A DNA stretch of 64,000 nt from Balanoglossus misakiensis (GCA_040954595.2 CM082582.2:5874303-5938302), one strand, 5' to 3'; counted from the stretch's first letter, positions 1 to 12,026 are shown. Translations and numbers: made by a program. Notes: generated by a model from the letters alone, not told the origin.

Positions 1-1062
1 ATTTGGATGATTTTCATGAGCTATAACCCATGGTTTTTATCAAAAAATGAAGAAATTTTGAAAATTCGCAAAGTCGAAAAATTGTCATATTTGGATGATT
101 TTCATGAGCTATAACCCATGGTTTTTATCAAAAAATGAAGAAATTTTGAAAATTCGCAAAGTCGAAAAATTGTCATTTTTGGATGATTTTCATGAGCTGT
201 AACCCATGGTTTTTATCAAAAAATGAAGAAATTTTGAAAATTCGCAAAGTCGAAAAATTGTCATATTTGGATGATTTTCATGAGCTATAACCCATGGTTT
301 TTATCAAAAAATGAAGAAATTTTGAAAATTCGCAAAGTCGAAAAATTGTCATTTTTGGATGATTTTCATGAGCTATAACCCATGGTTTTTATCAAAAAAT
401 GAAGAAATTTTGAAAATTCGCAAAGTCGAAAAATTGTCATTTTTGGATGATTTTCATGAGCTATAACCCATGGTTTTTATCAAAAAATGAAGAAATTTTG
501 AAAATTCGCAAAGTCGAAAAATTGTCATTTTTGGATGATTTTCATGAGCTATAACCCATGGTTTTTATCAAAAAATGAAGAAATTTTGAAAATTCGCAAA
601 GTCGAAAAATTGTCATTTTTGGATGATTTTCATGAGCTATAACCCATGGTTTTTATCAAAAAATGAAGAAATTTTGAAAATTCGCAAAGTCGAAAAATTG
701 TCATTTTTGGATGATTTTCATGAGCTATAACCCATGGTTTTTATCAAAAAATGAGAAATTTTGAAAATTCGCAATGTCGAAAAATTGTCATTTTTGGATG
801 ATTGTCATGAGCTATAACCCATGGTTTTTATCAAAAAATGAAGAAATTTTGAAAATTCGCCAAGTCGAAAAATTGTCATTTTTGGATGATTTTCATGAGC
901 TATAACCCATGGTTTTTATCAAAAAATGAAGAAATTTTGAAAATTCGCAAAGTCGAAAAATTGTCATATTTGGATGATTTTCATGAGCTATAACCCATGG
1001 TTTTTATCAAAAAATGAAGAAATTTTGAAAAATCGCAAAGTAGAAAAATTGTCATATTTGGA
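1..1062. repeat. 88-bp tandem satellite array, about 12 near-identical units, running off the window start
   Basis: The unit atttggatgattttcatgagctataacccatggtttttatcaaaaaatgaagaaattttgaaaattcgcaaagtcgaaaaattgtcat recurs at 1, 89, 177 and onward with few substitutions. Confidence 0.98.
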
Positions 1063-1063
1063 T

Positions 1064-1099
1064 AAATTTCTACATTTTTTGAGAAAAATCATGGGTTAT
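1064..1099 (-). repeat. Inverted partial copy of the 88-bp unit capping the array
   Basis: The reverse complement reads ataacccatgatttttctcaaaaaatgtagaaattt, matching the unit variant seen at 6065-6270. Confidence 0.85.
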
Positions 1100-2741
1100 T
1101 AGGATTTTGCGAACTTTCTTGTGTGCGTTCCGATATTTTCATCCGTTGCGTCGTGTTTGATGTACTAAGCTGTTGCTGTGATGTATTGTGTTGTCCTGTG
1201 CTGTGATCAAATTGATAAAAACAAGGAAAAGTCACCCACCTTGCTAATTGTCTGGATCACTTCCGAGCATAATTTGCCACATCTTCAACTATCGGGATCA
1301 CTTCCAAGTCAATCAGCCGTGGGACTAAATGTTATCCTGCAATGGGTCGATTTACTTTGCACTTCGCCAAATGGTGTTCCAGCTGGATTACTTAGACAAC
1401 TTTCTGTTTTGCATTTCTGACATGAAATGGATTTCTGTGGGGTTGAAATGTTCTTATAACAATGCATTAATTAGTTTTAGATTTACTTCATGCTATTTCC
1501 CTGTGCTTCCGCCGATTCAAAATGGCGGCGTTTGAAAACTGAATGGCTTTAATGAAGTGGTGTCACGGTAGTGATGAATATTATGGCGCCCTCAGCGACT
1601 TACGCCGTAGTCCCCCACCCATCGCTTTCTATTGAAATGACTAATTAGGATTAGGAGGTCAAACACTTGGGTGCATTGCGGGGAGGGTTGGGAACCTGAT
1701 TAACCATCAAGTCGGGGAAAAAATTTAAGCTGCGTTCATACTGTTGTATTGATACATCTAAACTTTGGGGGACACGGAATACAACAGACTTTGCTACAAA
1801 TTAAGTTTGATCTTACACGTTTCAATTATCTCAACATCAAGGTAGTGCTGGGGTAATAAAATGATACAGACACAAGTATTTCATTTCAATCTAGTTCATT
1901 GACAATTTTTATTTCAAAGTTACCATCTCCAGCCAATAAAAACAAAAAATATCTGAAATCAATTAAATTCCAAAATATACACTTAGTGGCTAGTGACAAT
2001 TATCTACAGTTTTCTTGAGCAGAATTTTAAACGTTCAAGACAGAATTTCAAAGTACAGTAAACATCAAAGGGAATTTTATCATTAGATGTAAGGTGGTCA
2101 CTGCAGACTGCCAGGTAACAGTTACTGCTGCATCTCGGGTAATGGACACTTCGTCCTCGGCTTGGTTGTCGGAGACCCATCTGGTATTTGAATCTGCAAA
2201 GCAAGCAAAGTAGAAATGACTATTTGGCAACTTGATTAAATTTTACTGCAACAACGATAGAGATCTGCCCAAGTTTATAATTGTACTTGGTTAAACTGAC
2301 GACTCCTGGACATTGAACGAACACACCCCCACCCACACCCCTTTACCATGTATTGTCTCCGTCATTGCTTCAATTTTCTTTTCCACAATTCTTACCTTCC
2401 CACAACCATTCAGTAATCTCAGGACATCAATCACACAGGCTGGCAATCATCTTAGCATCATCTATGGGATCCCTGGAATAAATGAAAATTATGTAAATGG
2501 AGTGTCTCCTACAAAGATGGCGGACATGTTTGTGTCACAACAAAATGGCCACCCCATGCATCTGGCAATCGGGTCGGTGTTCAAACATTGAATTGACATC
2601 CACGTGTAGTACCGGGTCCATATTGTTACATGCAGGTTTGTGCAAAATCAGTTCGCTCGACTGGGTAACGGCACCAGTCTGAATCGAAAAAAAAATCAAA
2701 ATGGCCGCCATGAATCGCTTGTCAAACCTTGCTTGAAACCT

Positions 2742-3140
2742 CTGGTCTTCGTTCAGCCATTGAACATACTGCCCTTACCGCACTCAGCTATACTGCTGCA
2801 TGCAATACCATTATGAGTTGATCTCGTCCCTGCATCTGCAAAACAATGAAACGAAGTGAATGTCGGTGATTTTCATGATCGTTCAGCCATTGAACATATT
2901 GCCCTTACCTCACCCAGCTATACTTCTGCATGGCGAAATAACTAGTCACTTGGGCCCCAGCTTGGTTGATGAATACCATTATCCATTGATCTCGTCTCTG
3001 GATCTGCAAAACAAGCAAATGAAGTGAGTGTCTAATATTCATGATCGTTCAGCCATGGAACATACCTGACCTTACACCTCACCCAGCTATACCGCTACAT
3101 GGCGAAAAAACTCTGGTCTCTGCATCTGCAAAACAAGGAA
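2742..3140 (-). repeat. Three diverged tandem exon-plus-intron-like units
   Basis: Each unit contains gttcagccat(t/g)gaacata ... cagctatac ... (g/c)atctgcaaaacaa. The middle copy is open on the minus strand (IQRRDQWIMVFINQAGAQVTSYFAMQKYSWV). A related start recurs at ~4371. Confidence 0.75.
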
Positions 3141-3350
3141 ATAAAGTTAATATCTATGACAAATCTAAAAAATAGAAAGTAAATACACACGAAGATAATG
3201 GGTGTAAAATAAACCACTGAGTATACAAGTGTAAGTTTCGATAACATTTTATTGATTGGAATCGTGGTAAAGATTACAAATCTCACCAAAAACCTGGAAA
3301 GTAAACTTATTTACCATGAAAACAGACTAACAGAGACATAGACACAAGCG

Positions 3351-4270
3351 AAGATGATCGGTACGGAAATAAACTACCCAGTATTACGAGTGCGTGCATG
3401 TTTTTAATTTTTTTTTATTGAATAATGACGAAAGATAACATATCTAAAAAACCTGCGTTAACTATATACGTGAGGGGAAGATGATCGGTACGGAAATAAA
3501 CTACTCAGTATTATGAGTGCGTGCATGTTTTTATTTTTTTTATTGAATAATGACGAAAGATAACATATCTAAAAAACTGTATTATCTATATACGTGAGGG
3601 GAAGATGATCGGTACGGAAATAAACTACTCAGTATTATGAGTGCGTGCATGTTTTTATTTTTTTATTGAATAATGACGAAAGATAACATATCTAAAAAAA
3701 CTGTATTATCTATATACGTGAGGGGAAGATGATCGGTACGGAAATAAACTACACAGTAATATGAGTGCGTGCATGTTTTTATTTTTTTTATTGAATAATG
3801 ACGAAAGATAACATATCTAAAAAACTGTATTATCTATATACGTGAGGGGAAGATGATCGGTACGGAAATAAACTACTCAGTATTATGAGTGCGTGCATGT
3901 TTTTATTTTTTTATTGAATAATGACGAAAGATAACATATCTAAAAAAACTGTATTATCTATATACGTGAGGGGAAGATGACCGGTACGGAAACAAACTAC
4001 TCAGTATTACGAGTGCGTGCATGTTTTTATTTTTTTATTGAATAATGACGAAAGATAACACGTCTAAAAAAAACTTGTACTTGTATTAAGTATTAACTGA
4101 CGGTCTGAAGGATGGGACCCACCCGCCCCAGGGTTTTTATTTATGTCTATATCAGCGACGCGACGGGAAGATGATCGGTACGGAAATAAACCACTCTCAG
4201 TTTTATGAGTGCGTGTATGTTTTTACTTTTTTTTATTGAATAATCACGAAAGATTACATATCTCTAAAAA
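3351..4270. repeat. ~124-bp tandem repeat, about 6 units plus diverged flanking copies
   Basis: gaagatgatcggtacggaaataaactactcagtattatgagtgcgtgcatg... starts at ~3351, 3477, 3601, 3725, 3850, 3973 and 4167. A diverged copy lies at ~3191, and a ~68-bp block is duplicated at ~4083 and ~4275. Confidence 0.95.
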
Positions 4271-6005
4271 CTTTTATTAAGTATTAACTGACGGTCTGAG
4301 GGATGGGACCCACCCGCACCGGGGGTTTTATTTATGTCTATAACTTACTTGTTATGAAACCACTCCTCCACTGGTCTTCATTCAGCCATGGAACATACAA
4401 ACGCTCACCTCGTCGTCGGCTAGTTGCATGGCCCTAATATACCGTACAACTTACCTCGACACACACGCACCATGCACACACACTCACAACAACGAGCACC
4501 TTTCGAAGACTTCAAAGTCGATGAACTTGTTGGTGCCGTAACAAAAATGACCCATACACCGAGCATGTAGTCATGTTGGTTTCAAAACTTTCAAATGACA
4601 TCCGCATATAGCATTTGTATTTTTGCATTTTTCAGGGTTGTTCAAAATCGGTTCGCTGAACTGGCTACCGGCACCAGTCAGAATCGTTGAAAGATCTTAA
4701 AAATTGCCCAAAATTTGGCTAATACCGCTTACTTGTACATCATGCTTGTAACATCATATCATCCACGTGGAACGTACAGGCACTATCCTCGCACAGTTAC
4801 AGCTGCGTGGCTTGGTCGTTGAAATCCGGGATCAGTCTGTAAAACGAAGAAAGGAAAATGAATAGTCTATCCATAAACACGAAACCAAATATCTACCTGG
4901 GTCACCGTACGCCAAACTGTTGTTCATTCGCACATTGTACAGCATACGCGACGCCAAATATTTTAGGGCTTCGCTGACAGACAAGTACCCCTAAACCCCA
5001 GCCTGGCACTATCCACGTTCACACATTTTCAATTTGAGGCCCACAGCCAAGCGGAACATATTAAACTTCAACAATATTTTGGCAAATACTTCACGGACAC
5101 ACGCAAAAACTGTTCCAAATGAAGCGTTTCAAAGCTTATTTTTGCTATTGACTGGTAGTACATGCATAGTACAAAATTTGCATTCGCTCACAATTCGAAA
5201 ACACGCTGACTACACGTGAGCCCGCAGTCAATTCACCGAACCCGCTAGTAATTCGTTGCAGCCCCCTCCCCTTTCCCGAAAAACTACCCTTTTATGTGAA
5301 AAAAAACATGCCGCCCACCAGTAGAGCTTCAACACCGACTTGTCTAAATTTTATAAACCGTACCATCTCAAGTTGAGTAACGCGAAAGAGTCGAATTTGT
5401 GAATAAAACGCAGCGAAGCGCTGACCCGAGCTGTCTGACTGCGCATTACATCCAATTTTTCAATTCCGTGGTGTAACAGACAAGTACCGTCTGACTTTTT
5501 AGTTGTCCGTAACTCGCCACAGAATAACTCATGTTTCTGTTCAAAATTTGAGTAAATGTCTCTACTTCTGTTACTTTACTTACCGCTGTAGTCATGAAAA
5601 CTATCCAGCGGAGAAACTCTGTTTTGGGGCCAGAGTTCTCCGCATCTTCTCGTGGTCCGTGCAGCAGCATGGCCGTCTGACTCTCTTATGAAAATGCACG
5701 GGGAAGGCTAGACGGAAATATCCAAGTGGAGATGGTCCAGGTGGTTCCAACCAATCAGCAGCGACCACGCGTCATTGCGTCATGTAGTGCCACTTGTCAA
5801 ACTTGTTTTGTTATAATTCTTTTGTTCTACCTTGTATAATGTATGGCCTAGGCGAATGTTCTGGAATTTGCAACACAATATATGCATGATGTGTCAAAAT
5901 TCTCGGTAATATAAATAATCTAAAGGGCGAACAGTCATATCGTGCGCAGCCAGTGTGAGAATTTTGCACCGCAGTGCAGCGGTGGTGAAAATAGAAACTT
6001 ATCTG

Positions 6006-6330
6006 GAAATTTTGAAAATTCGCAAAGTCGAAAAATCGTTGATTTTTGGCGATTTTCATGAGCTATAACCCATGATTTTTTTCAAAGAATGTAGAAATTG
6101 TGAAAATTCGTAAAGTCGAAAAATCGTCATTTTTTGACAATTTTCATGAGCTATAACCCATGATTTTTCTGAAAAAATGCAGAAATTTTGAAAATTCGCA
6201 AAATCGAAAAATCTTCATTTTTTGACAATTTTCATGAGCTATAACTCATGATTTTTCTCAAAAAATGAAAAAAAGTGAAAATACGCAAAGTCGAAAAATC
6301 GTCGATTTTTGGTGATTTTCATGAGCTATA
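6006..6330. repeat. Second, more diverged array of the 88-bp satellite (~3.5 units), same orientation as the first
   Basis: gaaaattcgcaaagtcgaaaaatcg...attttcatgagctataacccatg recurs about every 88 bp and ends abruptly at gagctatagggtcta. Confidence 0.93.
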
Positions 6331-7300
6331 GGGTCTACATGAAACAATATTATTTCTGACAATATCTAAAATAACATTCACACATATCACGTGACTTTTC
6401 ACAAATGCACAAGATAATATTACATATATTAAAAAAATTATATACATTTGCACTAAATTGGAACCCATTGATTTTAGGTAGGATCACCAGAAAAATATAC
6501 AGCAAAGAAAGGTCTTCCCCACCCTAAGTATAAAAAGAACACCCCTAAAATAACGGAAATAACGTCGGGAATCGTTCAATATGAATTGAATAAAACGCGC
6601 AAATGAAAACAGTTCTTTTTTTACAATCAATTATCAGTCATGTTTTAAGGTCATGCCTGGAGTGGAAGCAACAAATATGTCAATAAATTGGCGACTTGAA
6701 ATGGCGAAATGAGAATCGGTAAAGTTCTTCGGTTGACATCGTACTGATGTTGTTGATTGTCATTGTCATATATTATCAGTTCTACGTACAATTCAAGGCT
6801 TCTTACTCAGCTTGTGATATATGTGATTGCCGTCGTTAGTTTATCTTGAAAAAAATCGATTTTTGTTGCTGATCTATGATCGCGGTAAGTAAGTACATTT
6901 TCTGAGCGTCAGTTTGGGTGTACAATTGTATACCTGGACATAGTTCAAGTCGTGAACGAATAAAAGGTACTGAATTACTCTTCGTGCAAAACTACGTACA
7001 TGTACTAGTATTCGTGGTGGCAGACTTCTCACGCTCGCCTGCGGCCAGGCTATTGCGAAACTCTATCTATTATTCACACGACTATACAAAGTTGTCAAAT
7101 TCTCATTAGAGACGTTTAATAATTGATTGTGTAACTGTCACGTCGTCTACCACGTTGTACTTTCTGTCCATGTATTACACATCTCATCATTGGATAACTT
7201 ATCGCGCGCGTTAATGAATCACCCAATCATACAACGTTTTCGAGATTTATCCTACTGGTACACTATCAGCGGCCAGGAGTGTGAGAATTACTTTAGATAT

Positions 7301-9447
7301 CTATGTGATCATCAACGTGTTCGCTTGTTCACTGAGCCCACACTTATCCATAGCATGAACCAAACGCCCCAGCGTGGCTTTCGACCCCTCGGAATCGATG
7401 TACTTCCGGATCATCTGATAAGACTGCTCTTGGGCGTCTAGTCTGTTGTTATATTCGATGGTGGACATTTCAGCGTCGGTGAGAAATTCACAGCCCATCG
7501 CATGAAGCTGGTGCATAACCTTTTTCCATGTCTCGCCTCCAACAAGCCTGCTGAAGGCTAAATGTTGATCTCTGGTGATCTTTCCGTCTAGCATGTCTGA
7601 AAAAAAAAACATAAACGAAACTGAACGAATGACGTGATTGATCGATTGATTGATCGATCGATTGATGGGTGGATGGATGGATGGTCATACAATTGATAGA
7701 TTGGACTTTACAACGCACCATATTAACTATCTTTGGGTACTCATTGGTTTCGTCGAAGATTAGATCGTCACTCTCCTTTTAATGAGATTATCGCCAGGTT
7801 TAGTGATATTTTTTATCATTTTGGAACTGTTACATTACTACTGTTTGGTGTTTGGTCAACTTTAAGGATTTACGTTTCTGGGGTAGTGGGCGTTGTAGGC
7901 CTAAACATTTGCAAATAGAACGGATTTCGGACAGTTAAAGCAACACTCACCATAATCACGCAAACCTTCAACAACAGATATGCTCGGTTGTAACGTCATA
8001 TGTTCCATTTTTTCGAGTAAATCGTTCAACTCCATGCCCTTTGCTGACGGAATGGACCCCTATTGATCAGAATTAAAATTCATAGAGAGGCTACGCCATG
8101 ACAAGCAGTCGATTGTACATGAATTACGTGATGATGAATAATCATTTAATTTTAAATAGCACAGAAGTACGCTGAGCTTTATGTTTGTGGCAATGGGCGG
8201 GTCGTTTTTGGTGATTGGTCGGTCAGTAAATTGGCCTCCTTTATGTGTTGATACAAGCTATATGGGTAATGCTAATGTCATGTGACAGGTATCGCCTTTG
8301 AGCTTTTTTTGGTCAGCTTCCAGAAAACAATATAGTTCGGGGACTTCAGTCGCTTAAGGGTCGTCCGGGGTGAATGCGTTAGCTCCTAGAATAGAGATGA
8401 TTACAATATTTTTCTATGGAAATGGGGTTTTAGAACACGATGGTCATTGAAGAACATAATATTCACCTTTCCGACCAATATGATGGCTGCCTCTACTCCC
8501 ATCGTGGGCTTTATTTCTCTGACACCTTTTATAATTTCACATGATGTAACAGACTTTGTCAAATACGTCTCTAAAGCCCTCTTTGGTTGACACCTTTCGA
8601 AGTGGCCCTAATGTCAGAAATGGGAGAAAGAATTCTTATGATTATTTTCGACTGTGATAAATAATAAACTGTCATATTTTATGTACACTTTGGGGGTATG
8701 CAGTGGTACTACAGTACAATATGAAAACTTTATTCGACCTTGCTACGCATGCCTGTATGACGTAGATGGTCAAGCCACAGTTATTCACCATTGCAGTGGT
8801 TCAAAAGAACCGAAATTCGAACTGCGTGGTGATAATATGCAAGTGAATAACGTTGTGGAAAGTCTCTATCACGAATTCGAATATCAGACACTTTATTGTA
8901 GCATGATGAAGTGTTGAGATGGAAATCAAGTTATGTCCTGAATACATTAGGCCTACTTACTGATATGAAGTTCGTAGCTGTGGTTTTCGATCGGAAGACC
9001 AATTCAATCACCACGTAACCCTCCACTACATCAATATTATAAACTTCGGGGTCTTTCTGGTCACCTTGTTTTTTCTCAAAGGCCTTTAAAATTGTCTTCC
9101 TGGCGTCGTTCTTCTTTACTTCATCGCTCCCCTCAAGGATCTTTTTCAGCCCTTCGCAATTCACTCGAAGTTTCAAGGATCCGTGTGACCAAGCGGCTTT
9201 GACATTGAGGAGGAGGAGGCAAAGGGGGCTTTACTGGCAATAGCAGAAACATTTGCTCGTCTTTTAAACATTACATTCGACAATTACATACTATTAATAC
9301 AAGAAGATATTAACATAATGACTGAAAACGTCATCATTACTTTTGCAGAAATCATTTCATATCTGGTAGGCTAGACTTACGCGATTCTATAGCATCGGCG
9401 AAGACATCACTTGCTAGTTGCGCATGCGTCGATTTGCATTTGGCCAT
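7301..9447 (-). CDS. TRADD-like adaptor: N-terminal TRADD-N-like domain and C-terminal Death domain, ~280 aa
   Basis: Frame-consistent GT-AG exons at 9447-9381, 9196-8961, 8607-8467, 8059-7951 and 7596-7301. The last exon is a clear Death domain (WKKVMHQL...EQSYQMIRKY...ATLGRLVHAMDKCGLSEQA). The N-terminal segments WSHGSLKLRV and VEGYVVIELVFRSKTTATNFISGHFERCQPKRALETYL resemble TRADD-N by eye. Confidence 0.75.
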
Positions 9448-10882
9448 CTTGATCTTCCAGAATGAAAGCCTGCAACGTTGATATTTGGGAGACAAAAATA
9501 AGATAGAAATATATGATAAATGATAAATCAAGTTGCAGGGTGTTGCATTTCCCCTGGCATTTTCCTAGTGGCATAAAAACTCTACACCAGGTATGCGTCT
9601 GTCGAAATATATTGATTTGCATTCAAAAGAAATGAACGAGCATCAGAGTCTCCCTGGACCATCTATTGTCACTAAAACTACGAGCTGGATGAAAATGGAA
9701 ATCCTTGTATCTACACTTTGGGGTTGATGTGGTCCTTTAAGTCTCCGAAGCCCTGCACATTGTTTGGCTGGTGAAGATACCTCTCCTATACGTAACAAAA
9801 CTCATAACCAAACGGAAACATTATGGACGCTTGGTCGAGTTTGGTCTCCGAAATATATTATCTTAGATGATAGGCATGTTTCCGACAAGTAAAGAAAGTA
9901 AAGATTTACAGACCAACATCAACAATTAAAAGGAAAACGATAAAGCAAAGGAAGGTCTGGTGGCCGGATAGCGACTGTGTCTGTTAAAAGTCTTTGTACT
10001 TGGTTTTCAAATCTGACCCATGTCCTCCCGAGTCAGATACTGGTAGAAATGAAATGATCAAATTAAAGTAAATTGATATGTCATGAGACTTTTTAGATTC
10101 TATAAAGTGACAATTATACACTCAGTCAGTTCACAGCAGTATGACTGATCGAGACTCATTGTCACTTTCAAAAATAAAATTTCTCGCTACCATTCGTTTT
10201 TTGTAGCTTTGCCTGTTATGACTGTCAGGTGAAGATTACTGCAAGTAGACCTCTGCACAGAAGTAAAAATTCGACACGTTTGTCAGCATGTACACTGCGC
10301 CGTAATACTCTACACTGCATGATTTTTTAAACAAATTTTGATAAAATCTGCAAATATGGGAGCCTAATATATGGACAATTTCAGAAACGTTTTACATTCA
10401 TTAAAAATCTATCGACTGTGCAGTGTATCACCGGGTCCACAGGTGTCATCACAGTTCACGGGCGCGTGCTTCCTAATTAGAACCCGTCATGTAAAATTCT
10501 AGCTTTTGCAAGGTTATTTCAAATTCTATGAACAGACAACATAGGGCCTACATACAAACCCCAGGCACCAGAGATAGATTCAAATCATATTTTTACTAGT
10601 GAGACGATTACATGTAATAGAGTCAATACATGTATATCATCATACTGCCGCGCCGCAAAATGATCGTTACCTTTACAAAGCAATAAAAATTGACCGTGTC
10701 CACCACGAACTTGACTCGAGACCGCAGTTATGTAAGACGATGCGCTCTGAGAGGACACAGCTCAGAAAACCATAAACCATTCAACTTCCTCCTCCATATA
10801 TACCAGAAATGGTCGGTGCCAGTTTCCTGTCAGATTAACATCCGGGTCACGTATGCAAACTGAGACCCAGTCACACCTGTGT

Positions 10883-10926
10883 TAGTCTCGGTTACCCAGA
10901 CTCCTTCGCGCGGGCAACCGAGACTA
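10883..10926. mobile_element. 44-bp minimal TIR element with TAG...CTA ends and a 9-bp TSD (AcademH-like non-autonomous element)
   Basis: TIRs tagtctcggttaccc / gggcaaccgagacta (14/15), flanked by cacctgtgt / cacctgttt. Confidence 0.75.
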
Positions 10927-11862
10927 CACCTGTTTTATTGTCCTGCTCTCGCAGTCACGTGGTCAGCTATGTGATGCTCGAAGCTGTTATAGCCGAAACA
11001 AACGACACAATATCAACGTCTATATCAACCGCACTAAAAAGATACCATGTAATATTAAGAAAGTCAAGATCTCAAGTTTTTAAAGCTCAATTAGCTGTAG
11101 CTTTTGGTAATTTTTCAGTATTATTCAACTGTGGAAGGAAGAGAGGTCGATACACAGAAGACATACAAGAAATCTGACAACAAACACCAACAATTGCATT
11201 CTATTAGACATTTTATTGCCATAGCAAAATATGTACATGTATAAATGTATCCAAATATACACCGTATATACAAGAAAAATAAATTACATAATTTCATTTT
11301 GCTGGCACTGAGGGAAGTCAATAAAGTTTTAATTTAATACTGTAATATAATACAGAAAAGGCTATCTACACAAATTTCAGTCAGTGTTGGACGGATAAGT
11401 GGTTAAAGCTACTGAAGAAATTGGTGATTTCCTGAAAATGTAAACAAGCGAGTGTTTAAAACAAGGATATAACAATTTCAATTTTTCTACCTCAGATATT
11501 ATCACCTCAAATTTATTGTCAAAATCCTAACTGTTGGGAGCTACACTGCCGATTTCCTTCCAAATAAGATAAAACACCTTTGAGCTTTTCATGAAAATGA
11601 ATTATACTTTATGGTACAGTACAGTTTATTTCAGCTGAAGTCACTGTTTGAAACACACATTAAGCAACATGTACATGTATTTTTTAGCTGTGATATGTCT
11701 AACTGGAAAGTATGATGAACTGAAATGTAGAAAATGGAGAGTGGACGGATTTAATGAACTTTATCTTTTTCCAAAATTCCATGGTGACAACCACCGGAAC
11801 GCTATACCCACAGTCACTGTGCGCTACCAAATTTACATGTTTGCTTCTTGATCAAAGGTTTA

Positions 11863-12026
11863 CGGTCACCTATGGAAAATCAGCTATAATTACCATGGCA
11901 AATTGAGATCTTAACCAATCACAGCTTTTCAGTGGGTGGCACACGCGAAAAAAAGAGCGCCACCATATGTTCTTTAGAATACGCCATTTCAGCCATATAT
12001 GGGCGTATGTAAATTAGAGGTGACTG
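11863..12026 (+). mobile_element. TA-flanked Tc1/mariner-type MITE, copy 1, in the 3' region of the CAP-Gly gene
   Basis: ta|cggtcacct ... aggtgactg|ta. The body matches the reverse complement of 13455-13627. Confidence 0.8.

Larger units (their letters stand above)
1238..5670 (-). pseudogene. Decayed multi-exon coding-like segments of unknown product between the satellite arrays
   Basis: Minus-strand blocks are bounded by polypyrimidine-AG and GT(AAG) sites and carry in-frame stops. Examples: ~2397-2473 DPIDDAKMIASLCD*CPEITEWLWE, ~4733-4835 LIPDFNDQATQL*LCEDSACTFHVDD, ~4897-4973 EALKYLASRMLYNVRMNNSLAYGDP, and 2004-2192 ending ...KFCLERLKFCSRKL*. No family recognised. Confidence 0.45.

Noticed and set aside
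1-4270. Tandem repeats as CRISPR arrays
   Set aside because: Units are contiguous with no unique spacers, there are no cas genes, and the context is eukaryotic.
7874-7900. 27-nt frame-preserving micro-exon (GLQRPLPQK) in the TRADD-like gene
   Set aside because: It would leave only a 50-nt upstream intron, and the gene reads in frame without it.
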